A DNA stretch of 62,929 bases, the filler included, from Choristocarpus tenellus KU-1152 (lineage: Eukaryota > Protista > Phaeophyceae): assembly GCA_964200185.2 (NCBI GenBank). It is 8 parts of 8 records of this genome, joined end to end, with 100 filler letters (N's around TTAATTAATTAA, not from the genome) between each part and the next. Parts side by side here need not be neighbours in the genome. Positions count along the whole stretch, not along the records: positions 33,576 to 42,576 come from CAXNAD020004097.1; positions 42,677 to 46,210 come from CAXNAD020019402.1; positions 46,311 to 50,987 come from CAXNAD020013503.1; positions 51,088 to 55,232 come from CAXNAD020015996.1; 4 more parts are not named here. One strand, 5' to 3'. The notes beneath the pieces are model-generated. The model was not told the DNA's origin, made no database searches, and was given only the letters and a program-made list of their open reading frames with translations. The translations under genes and the position numbers were made by a program. Position 1 is the first letter of the stretch; every line of letters begins with the position of its first letter. Shown piece by piece: positions 38,385 through 51,442 of the stretch.

Positions 38385-39963
38385 CTTCAAAAGAATAATG
38401 CAATCGATGTCAAAAGGGGTGTGGGGAAGAAAGGTGACCAAACAATGTGGAATTTGTAATTTGCTTTGAACTCCTGTTTACAGGACCTTCACTTCTCTCA
38501 ATGTGTGACTATTGTGTGTGGTGATGTACTTCCTCCTTGGAGTATTGCATTATATATAGTAGTTCAAAACAGATACATTATGATTTTACTTGTAAGATAC
38601 TACCATATTCAGTCAATGATCGATCAGAGTTCCTCTATGCTTTTCTTAAGTTTCATTTATCCTACTCCAAACTATGGTAAAATATGCTTTGAAGTACTAA
38701 CAAATTGAAATATAGTAGAGAGTACGAACCTACACCAGTTGAGTAAGTAGCAAAGTATGGCAACGACATGGTAGGTGGGGAGTTAACCCAGGCAGAGATT
38801 GAATGTGACTTTTGCTCTTTTCCCAGGGTACTGCAAAGGTGATGGACTTATTAATGGAGTGTCTATGAAATTCTGCGTTCTGGGATTGGATCATCCAGAA
38901 CATGTACTATAATATGTAGTGGTCAAAGCCAGGAGGATGTCAAGGCCTGCAGAGTATTATGTTATTGAGCTACTAACTCAACACACATATAGCATAGTGC
39001 ATACAGGCACTGTGGAACACCACTACAGAGTTGTGATGGTAAAGGCAGGATTGCATGGGGGGCGTGGGGACCTTTTTTGGTTGAATTAATAGTATCACAA
39101 TCACAATAAAGTATGTGCCATGCACAGTACATGAACCTGAAGGAGTGTTTTGAAGAAAATTATGTAACCCAGCCACACACACTCAAAGTATATTGGTTTA
39201 GTATGGATGGAATCAGACGGCAAGCATCAAAACACAGGTTCTCCACTGCTATTTGATCGAAATTATAGTGAAGAAAATACCAAGTAGAATGTTACTGTTC
39301 TTGTCATTAGTCAATATCCGTTCAAATCTATGGACCCCAACCAGTACATTGGAAAGGTCAGCATACTCGGGTTATAGCAGTATGCTCTTTGTCTGCAGCT
39401 GATTCCTAGCGGTTGAATTGTGGTGATCAAAACCCCACCTGTTGGTTAACGGATCTGTCTGACCAGGGATAGAATAATCTTACTGATAGCATCTAATGAA
39501 GAACCGAAATTTTCCATGGGGTACCCAGGAACTACGGTGTTGCACAGTCTCAGATTTGCACAGTTCAAAATTGTTCACGAAATACAAGTGATCCCAAACA
39601 GGGGTATCACAATCAGGGTTGTGAAGACTTTGCAACTGGTTGAATCATGGGAAAGTGCAAGTCAGGATAGACTGTGGATAAAGGGTTCAAATGGGCAAGG
39701 GAAAAAAAAAAAGAGAAATAAAGACCTAGTTGCTATCCTCAAGTGAAGCTGCAAAATGTGTCTGGATGAAGGGGTTGAAGTTGAAGATGACTTAGGAGGA
39801 TGAAGAGAGGCAGAGCTTAGGGAGGAGGCCATGAAGGCCCTTGTTGACCTCAAGCTAAGAAGGATCCAGTGTTGGCCCATATGGAGGCATGTCTGCTGGT
39901 CTATCATTGGTATTTGCAACTACAACTTGTTCCAAGCTGATGTCCACTGACCAACTGAAAGTA

Positions 39964-39994
39964 CTAACCCTAACCCTAATCCTAACCCTAACCC
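39964..39994. repeat. Interstitial telomere-like (CCCTAA)n; further short tracts at ~52139-52182, 52966-52980, 53190-53292, 53385-53415, 54282-54307, 56002-56018, 56888-57011
   Basis: Direct inspection. Confidence 0.85.
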
Positions 39995-41655
39995 AAGGAG
40001 TGGAGGGAAAACTAAACTCAGACCGTGATAAATGCATGAAGCTCACATCTGTAGAGCTCATGCTACTGAAGATCCACATCTTAACACCTGAGAAGCTCAG
40101 CACAAGAGGTACTTAGATGGAATATCTCAGTTTATGTGGAGCAAATAATTGGCATTACAGAGCTTGATTGGGGCCTGTGCAGCATTTTGAAGAGACAAAA
40201 GTCCATTCTTTGAAGAGGTAGCATCTTAGCATACTCTCTCTCTCTCTCTCTGCCAGGATATTCTTTCTCACGAAATTATGTAGATATTTCTTTTTCCAGG
40301 GATGCGAAATTTATACCCTGTTCCAAAAATCTCAAAATATCACCAGTTAGTTTCATGCAATAAAGCCAGGAATACACTTGAACTCTTGAAAAAAAGAAAA
40401 TGAAGTAAGGGACCGTTAGTGGAGAGAACTGTAAGATTCATTTATGTACAACAGTAGTATAACGTTGACTGATGAGGGTTAATATAGGAACTGTTCTACA
40501 ACGCAGAATAGGAAGATCAGGTTACCAATAGATACATGGAGACTGGTGTTGAATAGGTGACAGGCTAGTGAAGAAAGTTCAACAAGTTGCTGAATGACAG
40601 CAACAATATATGGCAAGAAGGACAGTTCTCCTTATCTGGGTGAGCTCACTCCTTCCCGTCCCTACTCTCCAGCTTAACAAGGATGAGTCAACAACAACAT
40701 ACACAAGTCCTGAAATAATCTTGTATCACAATAATCTTGTATCACAATAACAATAATAACATGCATACCACTTACACTACCAGTTCCTCCTTACTCTCAG
40801 CTCTCACCCAACACATGTTATTTTGTTCAAAGACAGGAAGAAACTGGAGGTGAAGGATGCAAAGGACAACTCTGCAACAGGTGGTGGGAGCTTAGCACGG
40901 TCCTCAACTACGCCACTTCATATGGATCCCGCACCCAGTAAGGGTAAATGCGTACCTGGTGGCTTGCTCGAACAGGACAGGATGATGCTGAAAAGACAAG
41001 AAAAGATCGTTTGCACAACACTCTCGGCTCATACAAGGTTGGTACCAGATGACACAACAATGGTGAGTTCAGCAGGAAGCACATAGATGGAGTTACGGCC
41101 TGCTATGTGGTTGTGCAAGCAAGATCATATGAACATCTAAACTCTACATCCTCAAAGAAGTTGTTGGTATTCAAAAGTAAGCAAGAACTAGGTTTTGCCA
41201 AATCTGGTAGGCAATATTTTCGTTAGATTCCTGAACTCTATCAAGAACACAAAGAAGGTAGGTATCCTTGACCCGATGCCTGCCAAGTGGTGGGAGCAAT
41301 TGAAGTTTTTGTATGTGAGATGGGTCATGACATCACCAAGTCGGTCGGTGATTGCTTCCAGTTTTGATCAAATAACTCAGGTATCCAACCTCTAATTTTG
41401 AGAGTCCTTAGAGTCTCATTGCGGAAAAGCGACGACTTTGATGATCTGTTAGATGTGTTAGTGAGTCAAAGCAAACCAGAGGCAACCAGGTCTTGACCGT
41501 TGAGCATTGTAAGCCTGTTTGTTTTTCAATCTTTTACAATTCACCCATATTTCTATGGATGAAGTTGTAAGTTTGTCTTGAGAGCGTCCGTCTCTCTACT
41601 ACCTTAAACTTTTTTTTCCAACACGATTCAGAAATTATCTTACACACATTCGTTT

Positions 41656-41739
<84 letters not shown>

Positions 41740-43363
41740 AAAAAAACACAAAACAGTGATAATAATGAAATACCCCTGAGATGCAAAGAAAAAAAAAAAA
41801 AAAAGAGGTTGAATTTTGTACGTGTATGTCAGCATCCTTCAGATGCAAGTCTGGGTGCCTCTCACCTACTCTGATTTCAGTTACTTCTAAAACGCCCTCG
41901 GTGTCCACTCTCAACAAGGTGGCACACACGGGATTTGTCATCCAAGTCTTTTGATCGAGATTGATTGAGAATGTTTCACTTTCTAAAGTGTCAGATTCTC
42001 TCATCTCTGACCCCCTTCGACCATCACACCAAAACTTGTGGCCAAAGAGGAACGCCTCAACGCCCAACAGCATGCATCACGGCCGGACGCATTTCCCGAG
42101 AACATAGTGTTTTGAGAAGTAGTGATTGAATTGTTAACTCTTGATCAAATTGCAATTTTAAATAAATAAATAAATAAAAAACAGGGGGGGGTGCTTTTCG
42201 GTCAGATATTTTCTCATACATATGTGTATGCTGCGCACTCTGTTGACAGAGCCCTGTCGGGACCGGGTGTGCTTCATGCACATTTTGATTGTTGAGTGAG
42301 TGCACCAAAATTCTTGAAGGTGACTAAACGTATACGTTACTTACAAATGCTCTCAATTCACAACACTACAGAAACGCCTTCAGAGGAGATGGAGAAGTGC
42401 AGAATGATGGTCTGACCAAAAAGCACCTTCACCGATTTCACAGGATATTTCTGGAATGGCCACAGCACTAAAAGTTGCTTAGTCAATTCAACTAGTACAA
42501 ACTACCCCCACCGCCCGCCCCCACCCCCCCCCCCCCCCCCCCCCCACCCCACCCCCCCCACACGCCCACGAGAACANNNNNNNNNNNNNNNNNNNNNNNN
42601 NNNNNNNNNNNNNNNNNNNNTTAATTAATTAANNNNNNNNNNNNNNNNNNNNNNNNNNNNNNNNNNNNNNNNNNNNCCCCCCTCCCAGTTACTTTGGGTC
42701 GGATGACAAGATGTTCAAAGATCGAAGGAAAAGGATGGTAGTTGATATCCACGATGTGAAGGTAGGTGGGGCAAGATGTGAAAGGCTGGAATGCAAGACC
42801 ATCTCACCAAAACTGGCTGATCGTCCATGACGATGAACCTGCAAAAAAGAGTGACCCACTCTGGTGCCTTAGCCGAAAAACACGAGTCTACCCAGCACTC
42901 ACTACCTGATGATGTGGAATTTTCGATCTCATTCACAATCCCCTCCAACTCGCAAAAGGCTGTCCTGTGCCCAGGCTTGGAGCTCAGCCGGCGAATTTCT
43001 AGATCAACTAAAGAACTCCTTCCTAACCTGATCTCGGCTCTTCAAAGTCGCCATTCTTGAGCTACATCTAGCACTTCTCCCTTTTATGTATAAAATCTAG
43101 AAGCGCCAGATATCAGCCCTTAACTCATGAGGTTTCAATGTTTGCCATTCCTTCATACACCTCTCTCTCTCTTGATCACCTTCACCACAACCATATTCAA
43201 GGTGTCGTGTAACCCCTCACCTTCCTTGCTGTCATCCGCCACACATGGAAAGGCATATCCCCGCCAGGTGGATCAATGTCAACATCATACATGCCTAGGA
43301 ACCCAACCTCACCGTCTTCAGAGTACCAGGTCCCCTCATGGGTTATTCTCAAGGCTTGGGAGA

Positions 43364-43606
43364 TGTTGATGAACGTTGGTAACTATTGTTGTTGTATTCT
43401 CTCCGTTCTTTTACAGAAATATTCCAGAGTTGAATATAGCGTGTTTGCGCAAAATGAAACACATTATCCAAATTTGTATAACAGCGATGAGAAAATCCAC
43501 TACGAAAATCAGATTGCGAAAAATGAAATTCACTATCAAAAAGAAAAAATGCAAAAACAAGAAACGCCACCCGAAGGTGACGGGCAAGTTCAAACCATCT
43601 TCAACA
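43364..43606. mobile_element. Probable LTR (TGTTGA...TCAACA)
   Basis: TG..CA termini with a 6-bp inverted repeat, AT-rich interior, purine run GGGAGA on the left; no TSD and no second copy in the window. Confidence 0.4.
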
Positions 43607-44199
43607 CGGTTAGTGAGTCTGTTGTGACGAAAGAGCAGTCTTCCGTAGCCCGTGTTAGCTTCCGTCTATTCGACCCTTCCCTGAGCATTCCTCAGTGGAT
43701 TGAGCGATGGAGGTAGATCTTGTCCGAATGGTGTCGACTTCTATCGCTCGCCCTGTCTGTGGCTAAAGCAAGGGATCGTAGCACAGTGGGGAACGGAAAT
43801 GTGACTGGTCGAACAGGTTTTAATGCATTGCTTTTTGGAATGAACGAGGTCCGTATTTCGCAGGAACCGAAGCGGGTTATTAGTTTACGGCAGCACAGAG
43901 AGCGGGCAAGGAGTTCTGGGTTAAAACAGGTTGAAGCATTGGTGCGAGGGTTGCCGGTACACTGTTGACAACCTCTTGGTGTGGCAGTGAAGTTTGGCTT
44001 GATACCTCATCGTGGATGGACGTCCTGTTCTGGCGAGGTAGTCCTAGTTCCCGCCTAAAGATCGGGGTTTCAGCTGAGCCAGTGAAAGGGTGTGACATGC
44101 TAGCAAACATAAGACGCGTATCTCCCATCGTACCCAAACCATTGTGAGTCTTGTCCTTGCACATTGAAGCTTTTTGTAGCATTTTGGTTGGCTAAAACA

Positions 44200-46125
44200 A
44201 ATGCGAATTTTTCACTTCGATTGGATAATTCCTCTATGAGATCATCAAACCTTTGAGTGTGGCCCCGAGGATCTTACCGAGGTCATAATACGTTTCACTA
44301 TAGTGTGCAACAGATGGAAACAAGCCGACAGGTTCTTCGTAATGAAGGGTAGCGGGAAGACCCACAGGAGGCAAGGGCAAAAAAAGAGACAAGTCAAGAG
44401 GGAGAGCAATCCCTCAGAAGATCACTCGGGAAAAGAGTGATCAAGTGGTAACTAAATGAGGGGGGTTTGGCAAGGTTCCACCCGATCTTACGTCAAGCAG
44501 ATGTTACCTTCAACATGCAAGAACAAATGTCATATGAATATCAGAATCTTCAAGATATAGGTCACCACTACCGATCTTGTACTTTGTCGAGAGTATGAGA
44601 AAGACCGAAGTGGCCTCCCGAAGCGGGATGATCATGGCAAGCATGTAAAACCAAAGATTTCAATTCTTTTGGAACCACTAACTGGCTACGAAAAGCATGG
44701 TGTTTGCGTATATGCCCTGGAAAATATGATCGGCAAAGCAAGTTGGTTTTAGCATGAACATAAAAATATGATGACATGCTATACCTCGATTCACGGGGAG
44801 GTAAAGACACCGAATTAGGGGACTTCTAAATTCGCAAAATAAAGAGAAAATTGATTCATTTGTCCCGTACGAATTTTGATGTGGTCCAAAGTTGGAAAGA
44901 TGTTCACTGAACTACTGAAAAATTCACGATCACTCTGAATTATATCTAATTCATGAAGGCGATCTGGATATATTTCGTATGCTTGACGTGGGGTTGCAGT
45001 ACTTGGCATTATTTTTTCTGGAATATTCCTGTAAATAGGAGCAAGTGCTTTCGGCATACGGTTAACCTCAGTATCAAAGAGGCGAGAAAGGGCATCAGGT
45101 ACAACATTGTCTCAGTCTGGTTTATGATGCACTGTAAAGTCGAAACATTGGAGAGCAAGAGCCCAACGTATCAACATATTATCTGTATCTTGCATGTAAT
45201 ACAGATATCTAAGTGCCGGATGGTCAGTGAACAAATCAAGATGTCGACCCCAAAGATATGGACGGCAGTGGTTAATGGCATGGACTACTTTAGATGTGGC
45301 TGAATAATTTTGTTGTGCTCCATCAAATTTCTTGCTAAAGCGAGCGACTCTACCCTCTAAGATACTTTGGCTCAAGCCACAATATGGAGTGAGGTGCTCG
45401 TTGGATCATCTGGCGCTTTTTGAGGAAGAAAACCTCCTCTGCCCAAGTTTGAAGCATCCACATGTACCACAAAAGATTTTGAAAAATCAGGGTAGTGTAA
45501 AAGAGGCGCTGATGTTAATGGCGTTTTAAGGTTTTCCAATGCGGCATCATGAACTGATATCCATGCTTTCCCTATTTCACCAGAAGGACGTGCTACGAAT
45601 TCTTTGCGTGTGAATTTTAGATGGGGTTCTGTCAAGTCTGTATGATGTGGGATGAACTTTCGACAAAAATAGCACATACCAAGGATAGAACGAATGTCTT
45701 TGATTTTTCGAGGAGTGGGTAGGTCAACAATAGCTTGAATTTGAGCCTTTTCAAGACGTAACCCTACACTAGAAACAATATGAGCAGGGTTTTCAACTTC
45801 TGCTGGACCAAACTTCAGTTTAGAAGGTTTAAAGTAAGGCCGGCATTTTGAAGGACCATTAAAGATTTTTGAAGCAAAGTTATACGATGGTCCCAAGTAG
45901 AAGAACAAATAATGAGATCATTCATGTAACAAAGCAGACCTGTCCCCGTGCTAAAATCAGATAGAGCTCGAGCCATCGTGCGTTGAAAAATATAAGGAGC
46001 ATTGCTCAAACCAAAAGGAAGTCGTTTCCATACAAACTGGTCTTTATGGGTGACAAAAGCAGTCTTGTCAATGTCTGCTCCCGCCACAGGAATTTGGCGA
46101 TACGCTGATTGAACATCTGCAATAA
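44200..46125 (-). mobile_element. Degraded Ty3/gypsy pol (RT - RNase H - integrase)
   Basis: ADVQSAYRQIPV..KTAFVT..RLPFGLSNAPYIFQR..CYMNDLII (RT); FVVHVDASNLG..FSKKF..QQNYSAT..FTDHPAL (RNase H); QLVVPKELKSLVLHACHDHPASGGHFG (integrase Zn-binding); domain order RT-RH-IN; frameshifted. Confidence 0.93.
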
Positions 46126-46933
46126 ACAGTGGATTTTAAAAATTGAGGATGGAGCGGGGCTATGAGGATGGTTGTTCTGCGAAAACGGTCTTGAAAAATT
46201 ACCGAAAGGTNNNNNNNNNNNNNNNNNNNNNNNNNNNNNNNNNNNNNNNNNNNNTTAATTAATTAANNNNNNNNNNNNNNNNNNNNNNNNNNNNNNNNNN
46301 NNNNNNNNNNAAAAGGGTGAAAAACGGACGCCAACCCCCCCCCCCCAGATACTTTGGCCCAACATCAATTTTGCATACACTATTGTGCCCATTAAGCAAT
46401 GAAATAGGTTGTATTGTACAGAGTAAGAAATATGACTTAGAACGGAAAAGGGTTCAAACCTGCCTACCTCTCAATTGGTTTGGCTCAGTGATGGTGGAGA
46501 CAAACACAGCACCTCTTCTGACCTGAGGTCCTCTATCTACATGGGCATAGGGTAGAGTGATACATGTTGTCTATTTCTCTTTGTTAGCTTTTCCTCGCCG
46601 AGCTCATATCACCCCATGCACTGCACTGACTGTAGGCCCTACCTGTGTGACACAATTTAAGGCCAAATCTTTGTACATACTCCAAAATAATAATCATAAT
46701 AATCATAATAATACATGTTCTCAATAACAACAACAACAATAGTAATAATAATAATAACAGTAAATGTTTTCATTACACTAGACCCACCTATTGTACTGGG
46801 ATGAGAAGTGATAGAAGGATATACCTTGTTTTGGATGAAAGGGCATACAACTCTTGTGGCAAATTGAGACGAGAGGGAGTGAAATTCCGTTATTTCTTAC
46901 TTCCAATATCAAACCAATATCAAAATATAAAAT

Positions 46934-47196
46934 GAGTCAAAGTAAACGAAAGGTATCCTGCGTTGCATTTTAAGGATGCACGAAAAATGTACATATTCAA
47001 TTTTTTTTGGAATGAGTATAGTATATTATCCAAATGATGTCAATATTTCCAAATAATAGAAATCAACCGGTCAAGTCAAACTTAGTACTTCATCCATATA
47101 AATAATAAAAATATGGGTGAATTGCACAAGATTAAAAAACTGGATATTATACTGAAAAAAGGTCAAAAATTGGGTACCTATCGTTCACTTCGGCTC
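46934..47196. mobile_element. MITE family D copy, apparently nested in an AT-rich inverted-repeat element (~46900-47308)
   Basis: GAGTCAAAGTAAACGAAAGGTATC...GGTACCTATCGTTCACTTCGGCTC; interior homologous to 54845-55103; no exact TSD. Confidence 0.7.
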
Positions 47197-47962
47197 AATA
47201 TCAAACAAAAATAATTTTTGTATGAGATTTTTTATATTGGAATATCAAACATCAAGAAATTTCCAACCATTTTGATATGATATATTTATAAAATATTGAT
47301 ATTTGGATTTGACACCAATCGTTGCTATGGTCAGAGACACTTACAGCTTCTCGTTTTAACTACAACTACGTGCTGTTTTTTTATGTCATAAAAATCCCCC
47401 AAAAATTCCGATTAGTCCAATATTTAATATCCGTAGTTGTCCCCCTCCTATTAAATATTGAAAAATTTTGGCATGACCTTTTTGTCGTTAGGAACGGGCC
47501 TAACTTGCAGTGGACTGCCTTGTGTGTGCCTTGCATTCTTCTCACGTGTTGGGTTCAGTCATCCCACTGCATCCCACTCTACCTACTCGCTCGAATCTTG
47601 TGCAGTACCTTTCTGCCTGTAATGTACTAGTGCCACCACAATTTAAGCTTTCCCCGTCCCTTTTTTGTGCTTTGGTGATACAGGAAGGTGTGGGTGTACC
47701 TCTCTGTTGAGCTTGTTACTTGTGGGCCATCAAAAACATATTCCCTTGTAAAGAAAGTCTGACATTAACCAGGTTCAAATCCATGCATTCCAATGAAGGA
47801 AGCTGGTAGACTGCAGCGGAGGTCTGAACATCAAGAACACATCAACTGTCGTTGCAATGTAGTTTGGAAGGTATCATTTTCATGTTTCAAATGGAGTTAG
47901 AAGAAGAAGAAATCATGGAAAAGAAACTGATATAATGCGCGTCCATTGTACTCGCTCATAAC

Positions 47963-48193
47963 AACATCTGTTGTCCGGGAAATGCATGGGCATATTTCCT
48001 CTGTAACATATATTTTGTCCTGGACAATGCTTGATTTGCTTGATGATACATGTTGTCCAGGACATAGCTCAGGGCAACTTGCTCTCTATCATCCACTGTT
48101 CGCCACAATTGAGTTGATTCCGTCCATAGTATCTGTTGTCCAGCGCAATGTTGGTTTCCACCCGCCCTTTAACATCTGTTGTCCAGACAATGC
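47963..48193. repeat. Degenerate ~42-bp-period array with palindromic core TTGTCC(A/T)GGACAA
   Basis: Units at ~47963, 48005, 48048, (48091 degenerate), 48129 and 48171; consensus AACATCTGTTGTCCAGGACAATGC with dissimilar spacers. Confidence 0.7.
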
Positions 48194-49693
48194 TTTGTCA
48201 TGTGTAACACTAATGCATTGTATTGTACTGTTGTATGAGCAGTATTTTTTTTTAGTTGTGGCAAAAAGGGAATAAATATTATGCTGAATGATATGTTCTC
48301 TTCCCATTTACTATGACTTACTTTGTGGTTTATTATTTGTTTATTATGATCTTTTTACACACTAGTTGGAACCATACAATGATGATTGAACACTTCGCAA
48401 ATGTTGTTATTGAGAATGAAACAATAATCAAATTCGCTCTGACCTGTGGTTGAAGGCAACAAAAAAATGAGACCAGAAAAAAATATATTTACATATATAT
48501 ATATGGCAGAAGACAGAGATACAGAAATACAGAATTAAACTGCCAAAAAAAATGAGTGCAAAAAACATAAAACAAAAGGAAGAAACTTTAATAACTGCAA
48601 GTAGGAACACAAAGCCCAACTAGGTATACCAAGCAATCAATTTTACTAAGCATCAGCATCAGCATCAGTATCAAGGTCCAACACTGTCCCTCCATCCATT
48701 TGAGGAAAAAAATGAAAGACAAAAGAGATTAAAAGAGGAAAAGAAGAAAGAGAATAGTGCATCCACAAGACCTACACAGATGCATAAACTTACAACATCT
48801 ATGCACCATGCCATTCATCAATTCAGTTATTTGATTCGTGTCACTACGCAAGTTGAACAATCTAAGGAAATTCCTTTCCAGGCTCAAGTAGGTTGGTGGT
48901 GAGGGCGGAAGCCATGTTGTTGAATTGTTCATGCCCCAACCTGCCAAGGCTGCATATCGCCTATAGCACATCCTCATCGACAGTCAGCAAGTAGGCAATA
49001 AAACCAGCCAGTGCAATCCTCAGGAGTGAAGTGGACTGCACATCATGTTACCTGGGCAGAATGCTCTCTCGGCTGTACTCTCTTTAAGTGATTGAGAGAA
49101 AACCCGGAAATCAAACCAATTCCAATTTCAAAGGAGGATGAATAATTGTGCCTTGAACAAGGGGTCAGTCATGCTCGCAAGTGAGGATATTGCTGATACA
49201 ACAGTATCTGCACTCCTGTGGCACTCTGGTTGACTGACAGACTCACTGACAGACTGGGCGGAATCCTTTCAGTCAGCACCATTCCCACTTCGCTCTCCAC
49301 CAGCCCAGATTTAAACAGTATTACAATATTTCTCCGCCATACACCAGTTTTGTGCACCAGGAAAAACAGACTTGGTTTTCGCGCAGCCCATACCTTTTAG
49401 CCACCAGTATTCCCTTCCATTTATTGCACACATCATTTGCAGTGTTTGCAAGCTGCACACATAGGCTAAGGCAAGAGAATTACTTGCAGAGTATAGAAAC
49501 GACTAATCATCAGGCTAGTTAAGAACTACTCCAACATAAGGACTACTCCCACTTTGGAAGAACAGAAATATTCTAGTACAAATATCAAGGTTGGAAACTG
49601 TGTACTTTGGTCCTAAAAAAATGTCAGCAAAAGTTAATCCTATTTATCTCACCCTGGGTACATGCTCCACCTGAATCGTTGGCAGACCCCATT

Positions 49694-49873
49694 GGCTCAA
49701 ATTATCTGGGAGGGGGTGGTGGTTGTCCATTTAGGGTCAACTTTTTCATGTTGCGATTTTTTGGTGATTTGGTTGCATACGTCGGATGGTTACTGTAAAT
49801 GCACTTTTCCTGATTTTGCCCCAAATTGACACCCTAGTGTAGACCCACCCACCCCTCCCAGATACTTTGGGTC
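49694..49873. mobile_element. MITE family B copy (truncated copies also at 42677-42700, 50930-50987, 62868-62929)
   Basis: GGCTCAAATTATCTGGG...CCCAGATACTTTGGGTC; TSD not preserved. Confidence 0.88.
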
Positions 49874-51442
49874 TTTCCCACCTGGCCTTGATCACCTTCA
49901 GGACCATAGTATCCTCGAGGGGTAGTATTTGGACAAAGTAGTCCATGGGGCTTGATGGAGTACTGTATGTAGGATACTCCAGTTTTGATGCCCGTTTTGC
50001 TGGTGATATTTCTTTGGATCTGGTCTATACAGGTAAAAGGAAGGTGTTAAAATGAAGTAAGTTTCTCTTACATATGACATAATACCTAACATGACATGAC
50101 ACACCACAAGGTTAAACAGGCCCCAAATGGACCCCCCCCCGTCTAGGATACTATGGACCTTCAAGTCCTCCAAAACAAAGGCAATCTTGTCGCGTGTGTC
50201 AAACAGGAAGTTATACCTGGAATGCTTCCTAGCGTCCCAATATTGATTGTGCTTGTTGTGGATGGTGAAGGGCAGGAATCTCGCCCCACCATACTCGATG
50301 GTGTAGTCCTTGTGATACAACATATTTTTCTTTCCTTGAAACATCTCCAAAATGTCAGATATAACATAATACTACTAGCAAACATGTACAGGGAAGTAAA
50401 TATACAATTGATGGATTTGTCAGACTTAAGATGAAGACACTAATTTCTTCAGTGGTATGTGTGAAAATAGGCCTCTTCGTCTGGAAACACACCAACAGTA
50501 CAAGCACAGATGCCAACAAGTTCAGGGGGCTTGGGTCTATACTCCATGAAACATAACCAGCACGTAGCTTTAGTGGGATCAGTAGTGGCCACTCTCTCCA
50601 CCCTCCTAGCAAGGCAACAATGGCCCCATGTAGTGGTTTTTACACAGGTCATCTGTGCAAGCCCCGAAGTCCAGACCCTAGGATCATCAATACATGCCCT
50701 CCTCTCATCAGGAGTCCCTCTGCAAGACTTGGCAGGAATTATCGGCTAAGGTTGGGTAGACTGAGGAGGGAAAACAATTCCTGCCCCTGTCCCGGAGGTC
50801 CACACTCTAGCAGCCCATGATACCAGGATCACAAAGAGGGCACAACATGGGATCACCTGCCTCCTGAACAGGATCTGTTTTGACGCCTACCAGACGCAAC
50901 TGACCAACCTCCCAGATGGTGCAGAAGAAGGCTTAAAGTATCTGGGAGGGGGTAGCGGCTGTCCATTTGGGGTCAATTTTTTCATGTNNNNNNNNNNNNN
51001 NNNNNNNNNNNNNNNNNNNNNNNNNNNNNNNTTAATTAATTAANNNNNNNNNNNNNNNNNNNNNNNNNNNNNNNNNNNNNNNNNNNNGGGGGTGACGAAT
51101 GCAGGGGGGCGGGGGGGGGAGGGGGGGGGGGGGGGGGCATACAAGCTACCACCACGTATGTATATGCAAGCAAAAGCAGGTGCCTGTGGTTGTACCTGCC
51201 CTTGAATCAACAGCAGGTCAACAAGATGTCAGAATGCCAGTCTAGCATATATCAAAACTCTTACCCCAATAACCCCAAACACCTTCGCGTCACAACCCTC
51301 CACTGGCACATCTCATTCCTTCAATTCCGACCAAATCAGATTCTTCTGGATGTGCCCCCCCCCCCAAAAGTCCACCCATTGAAAGGCCCCCTTTACCATT
51401 TACCGCCGGTGATCAGCACAATTAACAATTAACACCTCACAC

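Noticed and set aside
41534-42073. 179-aa poly-Phe ORF (also poly-Pro/Gly ORFs at 53780-54322 and poly-Lys ORFs at 60228-60676)
   Set aside because: Translations of homopolymer runs
43276-43716. 146-aa ORF with repeated KIHYENQ/EIHYQKE
   Set aside because: It runs through an AT-rich probable LTR with short internal repeats and has no protein motif
47963-48193. CRISPR array
   Set aside because: Repeats are too degenerate, spacers are short, no cas genes are present and the context is eukaryotic; kept only as a repeat finding
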